64,000 nucleotides of DNA from contig CAWDPO010000001.1 in the NCBI GenBank assembly GCA_963804165.1, positions 32,001 to 96,000 on the forward strand, given 5' to 3'. A program made the translations under genes and the position numbers. Within the stretch, counting starts at the first letter, position 1. Every line of letters begins with the position of its first letter. Positions 27,402 through 37,584 of the stretch are shown here, one piece after another. The notes beneath the pieces were generated by a model, which saw nothing but the letters and a program-made list of their open reading frames with translations, was not told the DNA's origin and ran no database searches. This stretch comes from an uncultured delta proteobacterium (GTDB lineage: Bacteria > Desulfobacterota > Binatia > UBA9968).

Positions 27402-29094
27402 TTAGGTTGGCACATTCGCGCGACGCTCTGCCGGCTCGTCAGGCTGTCCTGCCGTGATCATGTCGCGGTTGGCGCGCCCCGGTGGCACGATCGGGTAAAC
27501 GTTCTCATCGCCCGCGATCGGCACATTGACGAGACACGGGCCCGGTTGGCGCAGCGCTTCGGCAAGGGCCGCCGAAGGGTTCTCTGCTTGGCCAAGATCG
27601 ATCGCGCGAATGCCAAAGCCACGGGCGATGGCGACGAAGTCCGTGCTCCCCAGGTAGGAACCGTGATAGCGGCCGCCGTAGAAGAGTTGTTGCTGCTGGC
27701 GCACCATTCCCAACTGGGCGTTGTTGAGCAGGATGATTTTAACTTCGACATATTCCTCGGCAGCCGTGGCGAGCTCTTGCAGGTTCATGAGCAAGCTGCC
27801 GTCGCCGGTGAAACAAGCGACCGTGCGGTCGGGGAGCGATGCGGCACGATGGAGCCGGCGGCCGAAGACGATCATGTCTTTGCCGCCGAAGTTAGCCATT
27901 GGCGCGGACGCTTGAAGGGATAGGCCTGCGCTGCCCACATCTGGTGCTGTCCGACGTCGGTGGTGATGATGGCGTCTTCCGGCAAAAGAGCGGCGGCGGC
28001 GCGGATAATTCCGTACGGCCGCAACGGGTCGTCTGCGCCGGGCATCATGAGCGGATAGCGCGCTCGAACAGCGTATGACCCGACGCATCCACTGGCAACG
28101 GCTGTCGCGCGCAACCAGGGGCGCCAAAGCGGCGAGCGCGTCGCGGATATCGGCCACGAGCCCGAGGCTCGGCTCTTATGGTCTGCCGATTCGCGCGGGT
28201 CGAGTATGTGAAGAATTTGACATGCGGGCAGAACTCCGCCGCTTTTCCGGTGGCTCGGTCATCGAAGCGCACGCCCAACCCGACCAGCAGATCGCACTCG
28301 TCGAGCAGCATGTTAGTAAAACGCGCCGCGTGCATGCCGACCATGCCCAGGTAAAGCGGATGGTCGTGCGGCAACGCTCCCAGGCCGAGCAACGTGACCG
28401 CCGCCGGAAGCGCCGCCTTCTCCATCAAGTTACGCAAGTCGCGTCGACGTGCCCGCGGCGATCACTCCGGAGCTGATCGAGAAGAGCAGTTTTGCGCGCG
28501 TTGATCATTGCCGCGGCGCGGCCAAGATCCTCGTCGTGAACTCAGCGGCGGCGGATCGGCGCGGCCGGGCTCGGGAAACGAAGCCCGTCGACCGATTCGG
28601 TCTGCACGTCCTTCGGAACATCGACCAGCATCGTAAGTCCCGGACGGCCCGAAACCGCAAGGCGAAAGGCCCGTGGAATGACTTCGAGCAACTCCGCGGC
28701 GGAGCGCACCAGGAAATTGTGCTTGGTGACGGGCAAGCTCAGCCCGAAGGTGTCGACTTCTTGAAAAGCTCGGTGCCGATCATGTTACGCGGCCTTGGCC
28801 GGTGCTCGCCATCGGGCAGGACCGAATCCAGTTTCCGTCGGCGATGGCGGTGAGCAGGTTGGTCGCTCCGGGTCCCGACGTGCCCAGGCACACCGGCGGC
28901 ACAGCCGGTGGCGCGCGCCATGCCCTGCGCGATAAATCCAGCGCCATGTCGTGGCGCGAGAAGCCATGGCGAATCGTCCTGCCGGCGCGCGTCGTACATA
29001 AGACACCTTCGACGCCGCAGGGGATGCGGGCAATCGTCGTCACACCGTGGCGCTCGAGGAGCGCTGGAAGAATCTGGGAACCTGTAAGTCTCAT
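27402..29094 (-). pseudogene. ilvB: Acetolactate synthase large subunit, multiply frameshifted
   Basis: Collinear fragments in several frames: [92 protein letters not shown]. Could be an assembly artefact. Confidence 0.8.
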
Positions 29095-29153
29095 GGGAGC
29101 TTTCCTCTCTTCGATTTGCTCCCTGCGTAGCTTGCGGAGACGGCAGGCGGGTG

Positions 29154-29200
29154 AAAAAACAAAACCCCCGCCGGCCATCGCGGCCGGCAGGGGTTTTTTA
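29154..29200 (-). terminator. Attenuator terminator hairpin upstream of ilvB
   Basis: Minus strand AAAAAACCCCTGCCGGCC-gcgat-GGCCGGCGGGGGTTTTGTTTTTT. Confidence 0.85.
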
Positions 29201-29220
29201 AAATTGTTGCTACTTTCCCG

Positions 29221-29319
29221 CTAGGACGCGACGGTGCCGTTGATCAAAACTACTACGACTACGAGGCCTAAAAAGAGCGCGTTCAAAGCCACCGTCTTGC
29301 GCGTCCGAGTCGTGAACAT
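29221..29319 (-). CDS. ilv leader peptide (32 aa)
   Basis: MFTTRTRKTVALNALFLGLVVVVVLINGTVAS-stop; Val/Leu/Ile run immediately before the terminator and ilvB. Confidence 0.85.
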   Translation of the reverse strand: MFTTRTRKTVALNALFLGLVVVVVLINGTVAS

Positions 29320-29433
29320 GAGGACGAAGCTAGCATCAATTTCCTCGCGCCGCAAACCGGAACGCGGCTCAGGAACTTGGTGTCGGTCAAAACATTAAAC
29401 GACCGCCGCAACATTAGTGAATCTAATTTGCCG

Positions 29434-30150
29434 TTATCTCCATGTTTGGTGAAAACCCGCGCGCCAAGCCGCAATCTTTTGAGCGGCGCTCACCGAGCGA
29501 TCCTCACCGGCCGAACTCTGTTCCGACGAAATTGCCGCGAAAGCCTCGGCAATGCGCGGCGGCGCGCTCGGGCGGGCGTACATCCGTTTCATGTAGGCAA
29601 GCAGCTGCGGGCATTCGCCGAGCAATTTATCCTCGTTGCCCCAGTCGAGCGTGTACGCCGCCACGAAATCGGCGACCGTCGCGTTATCGCCCGCGACGAA
29701 CTCCCGCCCCTGCATGTGCTTCTCCAGCACGGCTGCCATCTCCTTGAACTCCCGGCCCGCGATGACCACGTCTTCCGGCAAGCGCTGCTCTTCCGGGTAC
29801 AGCGCCGTATGGCGCGAAATGCGCCACAGCGGCTGCTCCAACTCCGTCGCCGCGAAGAGCAACCAGCGATTCACTTGGGCGCGCTGCTCGAGGTCGGTGG
29901 GAAGGAAACCCTTGTCCGAATATTTTTCGCCCAAGTAGAGTACGATCGCCACCGACTCGGTGAGCACCAGGTCGTCGTCAACGAGCACGGGTATTTTACC
30001 GGCGGGATTGATCTTGAGGAACTCGGGGCGCCGGTGCTCGCCGGCTATGAGATTGACGCGGATCGGCTCGAAGTCGACGCCGAGCTCCTGCAGCGTCCAG
30101 CGCGCGCGGATCGATCGGGTCGGGCCGAATTCGTAAAGTTTCATCTTCAT
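29434..30150 (-). CDS. Glutathione S-transferase family protein
   Basis: TRSIRARWTLQEL, INPAGKIPVL, LTESVAI, TVADF. Confidence 0.92.
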   Translation of the reverse strand: MKMKLYEFGPTRSIRARWTLQELGVDFEPIRVNLIAGEHRRPEFLKINPAGKIPVLVDDDLVLTESVAIVLYLGEKYSDKGFLPTDLEQRAQVNRWLLFAATELEQPLWRISRHTALYPEEQRLPEDVVIAGREFKEMAAVLEKHMQGREFVAGDNATVADFVAAYTLDWGNEDKLLGECPQLLAYMKRMYARPSAPPRIAEAFAAISSEQSSAGEDRSVSAAQKIAAWRAGFHQTWR

Positions 30151-30174
30151 CGTTCACTCCTTCCTTGATGTTCC

Positions 30175-30258
30175 GTTCAAATTGTTCAAGTGGTTCGACA
30201 GAGCTCACCATGAGCGGGATTTTAATCGCTGCGCTCCGTTCAAAACGTTCAAGCCGTT
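30175..30258. repeat. REP-like core flanked by 9-bp GTTCAAnnn tandem units
   Basis: gttcaaatt gttcaagtg gttcgacagagctcaccatgagcgg ... gttcaaaac gttcaagcc. Confidence 0.65.
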
Positions 30259-30277
30259 ATGCAACGTCGGTATGGCG

Positions 30278-30730
30278 CTACGGTTTGAGGTCGACCGCGG
30301 CTTTGAAGCTGCCGTCCATGTAGAAGGGCACGGAGCTGTGCTCATGCGTGATCTTCCACTGGCCGTCGATCTTGCGAAAGCCGAGGGTGTCGCGAAACCA
30401 GAGGTCGACTTTTTCTCCCTTAGTCGTCGTTGCCATCATCCGGTTCAAGCTGTGGCAGAAACCGACGTCGTTGCCTGCCGTGATGTTGAGGTCGCGATTT
30501 TCGTAATCGATCGGTCCTTGGAACGAAGAAAACCATTTCTCGAGGCCGTTTTTGTCGAACGGATGATCTTTCGTGTATTGGAGCGGAGGCGCCAAGGTGA
30601 ACTTAACGTTGTCCGCCGCATATTGAGAGACCACGCCGTCGGCATCCTTCGCACGCATGGCGCTCGCCCATCTATCGATCACCGCGCGGATTGCGGCTTC
30701 TTCATTTGCCTTTGTGCCGGTTGTCGTCAT
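30278..30730 (-). CDS. SnoaL/NTF2-like (YybH/SgcJ family) protein
   Basis: EAAIRAVIDRWASAMRAKDADG...WFRDTLGFRKIDGQWKITHEHSSVPF; AAAGGAG SD before ATG 30730. Confidence 0.88.
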   Translation of the reverse strand: MTTTGTKANEEAAIRAVIDRWASAMRAKDADGVVSQYAADNVKFTLAPPLQYTKDHPFDKNGLEKWFSSFQGPIDYENRDLNITAGNDVGFCHSLNRMMATTTKGEKVDLWFRDTLGFRKIDGQWKITHEHSSVPFYMDGSFKAAVDLKP

Positions 30731-30790
30731 TTCTGTCTCCTTTCTGCCGATACCAGTGCTTCGATTCGCTGCTTTTGCCCCTTCATTAAT

Positions 30791-30819
30791 ACGACGAACC
30801 AAGGAGCCGTCTCGGGACA
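30791..30819 (-). promoter_or_regulatory. Possible ECF-type promoter TGTCCC-N17-CGTC
   Basis: Resembles the TGTC.../CGTC elements of ECF41/42-type promoters; 60 nt upstream of the SnoaL gene. Confidence 0.4.
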
Positions 30820-31177
30820 TATTTTTGGGCTCTCTATAATTTAATTGTGTCAAAATCGAGCCGGATCTGAAGGGCGCGTCTGAAAATTTACTGTTGTCGA
30901 CGATCCCGGACTCTGCGCTTTTGTTGTAAAATGTCATCGATTCTCTTAATGACCCGGACTTGGAGAACTATCAGCAGGCAAAAACAAGCCTTAGGTCGGT
31001 GATCGGGCCCGCAGTTTCTTTTCGAGCAATCCGACAGAGCACTTTTGGGGTATGAACCCTCTACCTGGGGGGGATACCATGTAGTAGGAGCTCCACGGAG
31101 ATGGCAGGATATATGGAGGGCCAAGTTAGCCCGGCACCGATGCATTACGCGGGACGCGCCGCAAGAAGGTCGTAACA

Positions 31178-33028
31178 ATGGCTGAAGACGAGGATCAACA
31201 AACCAGACAATACCTGCTCGCACGTTTTTGGGAGGCGGCTCTTGGCTTCTGGCGCAAAGGCGGCGGGCGGACCGCGTGGTTGCTGACTTTCACGGTGATC
31301 ACGATTGCGTTTGTCAATCTCGGTCTTCAGTACCGGCTGAACGTATGGCACCGCGCCATGTTCGATGCGCTCGACAAGCGCGATGGCAGCGAGGTGCTGT
31401 ACCAATCGATGATCTTTTTCCCGCTGATCTTCGCTGGTGTGAGCGTGGCGGCAGCGGCCACCTATGCAAAATTGACGCTGCAGCGCGGATGGCGCGAATG
31501 GCTGAATGCGCACGTGCTCGATCAGTGGCTCACCAACGGCCGTTATTATCAGCTCAACTTGGTTCCGGGCGATCACAGCAACCCGGAACATCGCGTGGCT
31601 GAGGACCTGCGCCTGAGTGTCGACGCTCCGGTCGAGTTTGCGATCGGCGTCTTCTCGGCAGTCATCTCGGCAATCACTTTCATCGGCGTGCTCTGGTTCA
31701 TCGGCGGTGAGCTCGCGATCCCGGTGGGCAGCACGATACTCCACATCCCTGGTTTTTTGGTGATCGCCGCTTTTCTCTACGCGGTGCTGGCCAGCGGATC
31801 GATGGTTAGCATCGCGCGCGGCTTCGTCGTCGTGGCCGAGAATAAGAACCAGGCGGAGGCCGATTACCGATATGCGCTCACGCGTCTGCGCGAAAATGGC
31901 GAGAGCATCGCGATGCTCGGCGGCGAGAATGAGGAACGCGCCGGCCTGGATGCGGCATTCACGACAGTCCGCAGGCGCTGGCGCGAACTCATGATGCAGT
32001 ACATCCGCACGACGATTGTGTCGCAGACCAGCGGCGGCATCGCGCCAATCATTCCGATCCTCCTATGCGCCCCCAAGTACGTCGGAGGGACCATGACTCT
32101 CGGCGAAGTCATGCAGGCCGCTTCCGCGTTCGTCATCGTGCAGACGGCGTTCAATTGGCTCGTGGAAAACTATCCGCGATTGGCCGATTGGACCGCGTCG
32201 GCGCGACGACTCGCGTCGTTGCTGGTGTCGTTGGACCACTTGGAGCGCGCCGACCGTGAAGAGACGACCGGGCGAATTGGTCGCCGGCAAACCGAGGATG
32301 GGGCGCTCCGGTTGCGAAACCTCTCGGTGACCTTGAATGATGGCAGCGCGGTGGTGAACGAAGCCGATGTCGCGATCACCCCCGGCGAGAAGGTGCTTGT
32401 CGTCGGCGAATCCGGCACCGGTAAGAGTACGCTGGTGCGCGCGATCGCCGGCCTGTGGCCGTGGGGCGGGGGCGAGATCTTGATCAAATTCGAAGGGATG
32501 TTCTTGATGCCGCAGCAGCCCTACGTGCCGCTTGGAACGTTGCGCCGCGCCGCGACCTATCCCCTCTCGCCCGAGACGGTCGATGATGCCATGGTCCGTA
32601 AGGCGGTCGAGGAAGTGGGGCTGGGTCATTTTCTCGACCGTCTTGATGAAGAAGACACACGCTGGGAACACATACTCTCCGGCGGAGAAAAGCAGCGGCT
32701 CGCGTTTGCCCGCGCGCTTATCCAGCGTCCTAACATTATCGTGATGGACGAGGCCACCGCCGCCCTCGATCCATTGAGTCAGGACCAGTTGATGCAACTG
32801 GTCCTGGAGCGGCTCCCTGAATCTACCCTCGTCAGTGTCGCACACCGCGCCGAGCTCGAAGCATTTCACACGCGCAAGCTTGTCCTGGAATATCACCCTG
32901 AAGGGGCGCGCCTTGTCCGCGATGAACCGCTGCCAAGAACGTTCCGCCGCTCGGCGCGGTTGCTCTCGAGGCTGCGGACGCGCGACAAATCGCCGAAGGC
33001 GCCAAATGCGGATCGGGGAGCCAGATAA
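31178..33028 (+). CDS. ABC transporter fused permease/ATPase (YddA/ABC_membrane_2 family)
   Basis: NPEHRVAEDL, EADYRYALTRLRENGESIA, GESGTGKST, LSGGEKQRLAFAR, MDEATAALD. Confidence 0.92.
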   Translation: MAEDEDQQTRQYLLARFWEAALGFWRKGGGRTAWLLTFTVITIAFVNLGLQYRLNVWHRAMFDALDKRDGSEVLYQSMIFFPLIFAGVSVAAAATYAKLTLQRGWREWLNAHVLDQWLTNGRYYQLNLVPGDHSNPEHRVAEDLRLSVDAPVEFAIGVFSAVISAITFIGVLWFIGGELAIPVGSTILHIPGFLVIAAFLYAVLASGSMVSIARGFVVVAENKNQAEADYRYALTRLRENGESIAMLGGENEERAGLDAAFTTVRRRWRELMMQYIRTTIVSQTSGGIAPIIPILLCAPKYVGGTMTLGEVMQAASAFVIVQTAFNWLVENYPRLADWTASARRLASLLVSLDHLERADREETTGRIGRRQTEDGALRLRNLSVTLNDGSAVVNEADVAITPGEKVLVVGESGTGKSTLVRAIAGLWPWGGGEILIKFEGMFLMPQQPYVPLGTLRRAATYPLSPETVDDAMVRKAVEEVGLGHFLDRLDEEDTRWEHILSGGEKQRLAFARALIQRPNIIVMDEATAALDPLSQDQLMQLVLERLPESTLVSVAHRAELEAFHTRKLVLEYHPEGARLVRDEPLPRTFRRSARLLSRLRTRDKSPKAPNADRGAR

Positions 33029-33186
33029 TGGCTGATAGCTCACCGTTCAGGGATCATCTCTTGTCGGTTTCGTCGTCTGGAGCTTGGACTTTCAATGGAC
33101 GAGCCGCGTGGATCCAGTTTGACGCTTGCCTGCAGCATCATCTGCCCGTTCAGACATAGCGCGCACGCGGTCATGCCATCGTGCGC

Positions 33187-34063
33187 TTATTCGATCTTGA
33201 CCACTTTCTTGTAATCCATGCCGTCATGGGAATGATGCAAGTCGAGTTTCCCGCGCGGGGGCGTCTTAGCTTCGCGCCCGGCCAAGGCGCCGATCGCGCC
33301 TTTCGCCGGCGTTATGCCGCCGTCGACGAGCCATACCGCACCGGTGACGTAGCTTGCGTCGTCCGACGCCAGGAACGCATAGACGTTGGCGACTTCCTCG
33401 GCCGTTCCCCCGCCTGCCGAAGGGTGTGGCAGCGACCAATGCTTCTTCGATCTGCGCATCGACGGCGCCGGTTTCCTTATGCGTCCAAGCGGTGTCAATC
33501 GGGCCGGGAGAGACGCAATTGGCGCGCACGCCGTATTGCGCTTGCTCCACTGCGACGCCCATCATGAACGCGTGCAAGAATGCTTTTGTCCCGCCGTAGG
33601 GTGTATTTCTCGGCTGCCCGTTCACGCCGGCTTCGGAACCGGCGCTGATGACGTTGCCCTTGGTTTGGCGCAGATCCGGCAGGGCGAACTTGGTCATGAG
33701 GAAAGCCGAGCGGATATTGCATCGGATATGTTCATCGAAGACGTCGACAGGCATTGCGTCGGTCTCGGCGTTGGCGAGCAAGACGCCCGCGTTATTGATC
33801 AGAACGTCGAGCTTGCCGTACTGCCGGATAGCGGCATTAATGCATTCGCGGGCCAGTTGCTCCTGCGAGACATCACCGGCAACCGGGATTGCCTGGCCGC
33901 CCTCATGCACAATCGCATTGGCTACATCGGCAATCGGATCACTTGGCAGTCCGTTGACGACAATCTTCGCGCCTTCGCGAGCGAACTTTCGGCAAATAGC
34001 CTCGCCGATGCCCGTCCCGCCGCCCGTAACAATAGCAACTTTGTCTTGAAGCTGACCTGTCAT
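33187..34063 (-). CDS. SDR family oxidoreductase (one frameshift near 33410)
   Basis: TGGGTGIG, NNAG, YGGTK, then after the shift TAEEVANVYAFLASDDASYVTGAVWLVDGG; AAGGAG SD. Confidence 0.85.
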
Positions 34064-34277
34064 GACTTCTCCTTATGTTTGAATGAATTCTTTTCACCGA
34101 GCTTTTTCTAAACGTCGACATCACCAGCCCTATAAATCCTGGAGTGTGTCGCAGTTTCGTTACAGCCGTCCGAAAAATGCGAACATGGGTTTTTTCAGGG
34201 CAATCGCTTCATTTAATCTTTTCACGCAGCGCGCGCACCTAATTATGCGGAGTTTTCACACCTGTTAGAGAAAATAC

Positions 34278-34293
34278 TGCATCACGTGTGCCA
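34278..34293 (-). promoter_or_regulatory. Sigma-54 promoter motif
   Basis: TGGCACACGTGATGCA (GG-N10-GC), facing the SDR gene. Confidence 0.55.
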
Positions 34294-34429
34294 CACAGCT
34301 CTTCTACCGGAGTGAAATTTTGTGAACTGAGCCGCGCGGGATCGTTTGAAGGCCGGTTGTCCCAGTTTTCCATACGACAATTCACCTGCGTGGTATCGAA
34401 AATTCTTTAAAAATGAACCGCCGCCGCGC

Positions 34430-34444
34430 CGGTATCGTTCTTGC
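34430..34444 (+). promoter_or_regulatory. Sigma-54 promoter motif
   Basis: CGGTATCGTTCTTGC (GG-N10-GC), about 100 nt before the ferritin-like gene. Confidence 0.5.
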
Positions 34445-34546
34445 GAAACATTAGCCTAACGCCCCTTAGGTGTTGGCAGCACACTTTATCTATCTTAATG
34501 CGCATCTCTTCGCGGAAATGACGAAATGAAATGAAAGGAGACAATC

Positions 34547-35080
34547 ATGGCGAATCAAAAAAATAGCGTTGGTGAAGTTCAGCAAGCCATCAAGCAAGGC
34601 GCGATAACTCGCGAATACCAAGCCGACAAGGAGCATGTTGTCCAAGCACTGAATAGTTTACGCTCCACCGAAATTATGAGTTATCTGCAATATATGCAGC
34701 ACCAGTACATGGCGGTCTCTCTGCTGTCGCCGGGAATGAAGACCGAGTTCGAAGCGCATGCCACCCAGGAGCTTGATCATGCCAACCGGCTCGCAGATCG
34801 AGTGCAGCAATTGGGAGGAGTTCCTATCTACGATCCGAAGGAAATTTCTTCAAAGGCAGCCAACGCCGGCGTCGCTCCTGAGCAGGGCGCGACTTTGGCG
34901 GAAATGGTTACGGAAGATTTAATGCTCGAAAGGCAGCAAATAGAAGTTTACAGCGCGCTCATTCGCGAGATCGGCGACCAGGATTTGGTAACGCGGCAAG
35001 TCTTATTAAGCATTCTAGTAGAAACGGAAAAGCACGCCAGCGAATTGGCCGATTATCTCAAGAGATCGTCGAACCAATAA
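34547..35080 (+). CDS. Ferritin-like / bacterioferritin-family protein
   Basis: STEIMSYLQY, QELDHANRLADRVQQLGG, EDLMLERQ, ETEKHA (ExxH diiron motifs); AAAGGAG SD. Confidence 0.85.
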   Translation: MANQKNSVGEVQQAIKQGAITREYQADKEHVVQALNSLRSTEIMSYLQYMQHQYMAVSLLSPGMKTEFEAHATQELDHANRLADRVQQLGGVPIYDPKEISSKAANAGVAPEQGATLAEMVTEDLMLERQQIEVYSALIREIGDQDLVTRQVLLSILVETEKHASELADYLKRSSNQ

Positions 35081-35190
35081 GATCCAGATAGTGCCATCAT
35101 CTAATTTAATGTGTGGCCGGCGCTGGAGTGCCGCGCGTCCGCCGCAGCATTGGTGTGAAAGTGCGGGCTCCGGCGCCGCCCCCGCAGGTC

Positions 35191-35310
35191 GGCAAACGGT
35201 CAAGTCTGGAATTGATTAAATCTGCGGAGCCTCGGCAGCGTAGGCGACAAGATCAACTGTGAACACAAAGTAACGCCAACTATCTAACTCCAGATTTGAT
35301 CTCGTTCGCC
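35191..35310. repeat. Miniature element with imperfect terminal inverted repeats
   Basis: Left arm GGCAAACGGTCAAGTCTGGAATTGATTA; right arm TATCTAACTCCAGATTTGATCTCGTTCGCC. Confidence 0.6.
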
Positions 35311-35744
35311 TACGCGGACTGAGATGGCCCGGATTCCGTCTGACGCAGATCCCAGCGTGAGACAAGTTAAGCATCAAGAGTCCCGGCCCCATAGGCCTTC
35401 CCTCGTTTGGTGCTATTTGGGTTCCTTGCTTAAGGATATCATCGATCTTTTAAGTGTGAAGTAGCCATCCTCTTCGATCGAGTCATTCATCCGCCGTGGA
35501 TATAAAACCGGCAACGACCACGTATCGTTGATCTCGCTCGTGCCCGGCTGCATCAAAACACGCGACAAACATCCTTCAGGTAACCCTCGCAAATATACAG
35601 AAAGCCGCTAGGTTCGGGTTGATCAGCTTCTTTACCAAGCTGACGATCTCATCATAGGTGTAATGCAAGCCTATGGAGAAATTCAGCGCTCGGTGGCTGA
35701 GCTCGAGCGCCTAACACAGCTTGGATCGCGGCGGCCCCTCCTTC

Positions 35745-35822
35745 GGCGGCCGATGGCCCTGCACGCACGGCGTAGGTTACCACGGACTCGGCGATCCTTT
35801 TACGAATTCAGCGGGCATGGGG
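35745..35822 (-). repeat. Relic copy 1 of a class III nucleotide cyclase-like 3' end
   Basis: PMPAEFVK(G)IAESVVTYAVR; near-identical DNA at 36551-36600 and 37911-37985. Confidence 0.65.
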
Positions 35823-35836
35823 ACGAGCACCCCTTT

Positions 35837-36462
35837 TCATTTCTTTTCAGAGCCCCACAGCTCTTGCAGGCGTTGGTCGCGGCCGCAGCCATAGCGGTAG
35901 ACTTTGTAGCGAATGGGGTTCTTTTTGTAATAGTCCTGGTGATAGTCTTCGGCCGGATAGAATTCCGAAGCGCGAACGATTTCCGTGACGATGGGTTGTT
36001 TGAAACGACCCTGAAGACTTTCTTTGACGCTTCCGCAAGCTTCTTCTGTGCATCATCGTGGTAAAAGATGGCGGAGCGATATTGGTTGCCGGAGTCGCAG
36101 AACTGGGCGTTGGCGGTGAGCGGATCGATGTTGCGCCAAAACACCTCGAGCAGTTTTTCATAGCTGATTTTCTTCGGATCGTAGGCGATCTGTACCGCTT
36201 CGGCGTGGCCGGTGTTGCCTGACACGACCTCCTCGTAAGTAGGATTCTTTTTAGTGCCGCCGATATAGCCGGAGATCGTGGACATCACCCCGTCGAGCTC
36301 ATCGTAGGGCGGTTCCATACACCAGAAACAGCCGCCGGCAAAGGTGGCTTTGGCCGTCGGCGCGCTGCCGGGACTCGGCGCGGCGGCGTACCCCGCGCCG
36401 ACTAGGATCAGTAAAATCATCGCAATCCGTGACAGCGACTTCAGACAAGTTACGGTGCTCAT
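35837..36462 (-). CDS. msrA: Peptide-methionine (S)-S-oxide reductase with signal peptide (one frameshift near 36020)
   Basis: [33 protein letters not shown], then after the shift [16 protein letters not shown]...[12 protein letters not shown]; GGAGG SD. Confidence 0.9.
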
Positions 36463-36550
36463 ACATTCCTCCGAGGCCGCCAGTTCGGCGCGTCTATCTG
36501 TCCCATGGATCTTAATCGCAGGCCGTTTAGTCTGCAATCACACATTCCCC

Positions 36551-36640
36551 CGGGCTCGGCGATCCCTTTTACGAATTCGGCGGGCATGGGCATAAGCACG
36601 AAGCGCGCGTCGAGCTCGACGCTCCGGTACTCCCGTGGCT
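36551..36640 (-). repeat. Relic copy 2 of a cyclase-like 3' end
   Basis: ELDARFVLMPMPAEFVKGIAEP. Confidence 0.65.
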
Positions 36641-36784
36641 GGCGGAGCGCCGAGCCGTTACGGCTGTAATTGAACTGAATTCTCCAACGAAACAAACTCA
36701 CGCTGAATCAAACTCACGGGTCGTTTGACATTTCATGCGATTCTGAACGGATAACACCAAATTTTACGACTGAGAGGTGGCCAC

Positions 36785-37348
36785 TTGAAGCTCAAGCAAA
36801 TCGCATCATTCTTAGCTTTACTATTCGTTTTGAATAACGCCACGGTCTGGTCACAAGAGCCCATCCCGTTTGTGCCCACGACGATGCCAGTTGTTGAGCG
36901 TATGCTTGAACTGGCTGGAGTCAGGAAAGGCGACGTAATATACGACCTGGGCTGCGGCGATGGACGGATACTCATTCATGCCGCGAAAAAATATAGCACG
37001 CGAGGCGTCGGAGTTGATTTGGACCCGCAACGCATAGCGGAGGCTAAACAAAAGGCGACAGAGGAAGGGGTCAGCCATCTGCTCGAATTTCGCGCGGAAG
37101 ACGGGACCCAAACGGATATTTCCAAGGCAACGGTAGTCACACTCTACATGTTCAAATGGTTCAATAATGCAATTCGATCCAAGCTACAGAAACTCAAACC
37201 GGGATCCCGTATCGTGGCGCATGATTATGACATCGACGACTGGAAACCCACGCGGGTTGTAAATCTTGAGCCGGGGAAGGACCCCGACATCGAAAGGCAT
37301 CACACGCTCTATTTATGGGAGGTTAACGCGGAGTCACCCGCGCCATAA
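36785..37348 (+). CDS. Class I SAM-dependent methyltransferase with signal-like N-terminus
   Basis: PFVPT, IYDLGCGDGRI, GVGVDLDP, ATVVTLY, PGSRIVAHDY; TTG start after GAGG. Confidence 0.85.
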   Translation: MKLKQIASFLALLFVLNNATVWSQEPIPFVPTTMPVVERMLELAGVRKGDVIYDLGCGDGRILIHAAKKYSTRGVGVDLDPQRIAEAKQKATEEGVSHLLEFRAEDGTQTDISKATVVTLYMFKWFNNAIRSKLQKLKPGSRIVAHDYDIDDWKPTRVVNLEPGKDPDIERHHTLYLWEVNAESPAP

Positions 37349-37455
37349 AACGCAATCCTCTACGGGCAATGCTGGTAGAGGGCGCCGTAGAAGTTTCTTG
37401 AGCGCCTAGCGTGTCACACTTGCCTAAGTCTATTAACTCATGACAGGCCAGAACG

Positions 37456-37580
37456 ATGCCGCGCCACCCGCGAGTTCATGTCGAAGGATTGCTCTTCCAC
37501 GAAATGGCCCGTGGCAATGATGGGCAGAAGATCTTTCTCAGCCAAAGCGACTATCAGGCTTTCATCGAGGAAATAAGGAA
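37456..37580 (+). mobile_element. Truncated REP-associated tyrosine transposase (RAYT / Y1, IS200-like) N-terminus
   Basis: MPRHPRVHVEGLLFHEMARGNDGQKIFLSQSDYQAFIEEI matches the MPRxxR...YHVxxRGNxxxxIF pattern; the HUH core is missing. Confidence 0.75.
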
Positions 37581-37584
37581 ACTA

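Noticed and set aside
30940-31177. Cobalamin or other riboswitch upstream of the YddA-like transporter
   Set aside because: No B12-box or other conserved riboswitch motif was recognisable; an Rfam scan would settle it.
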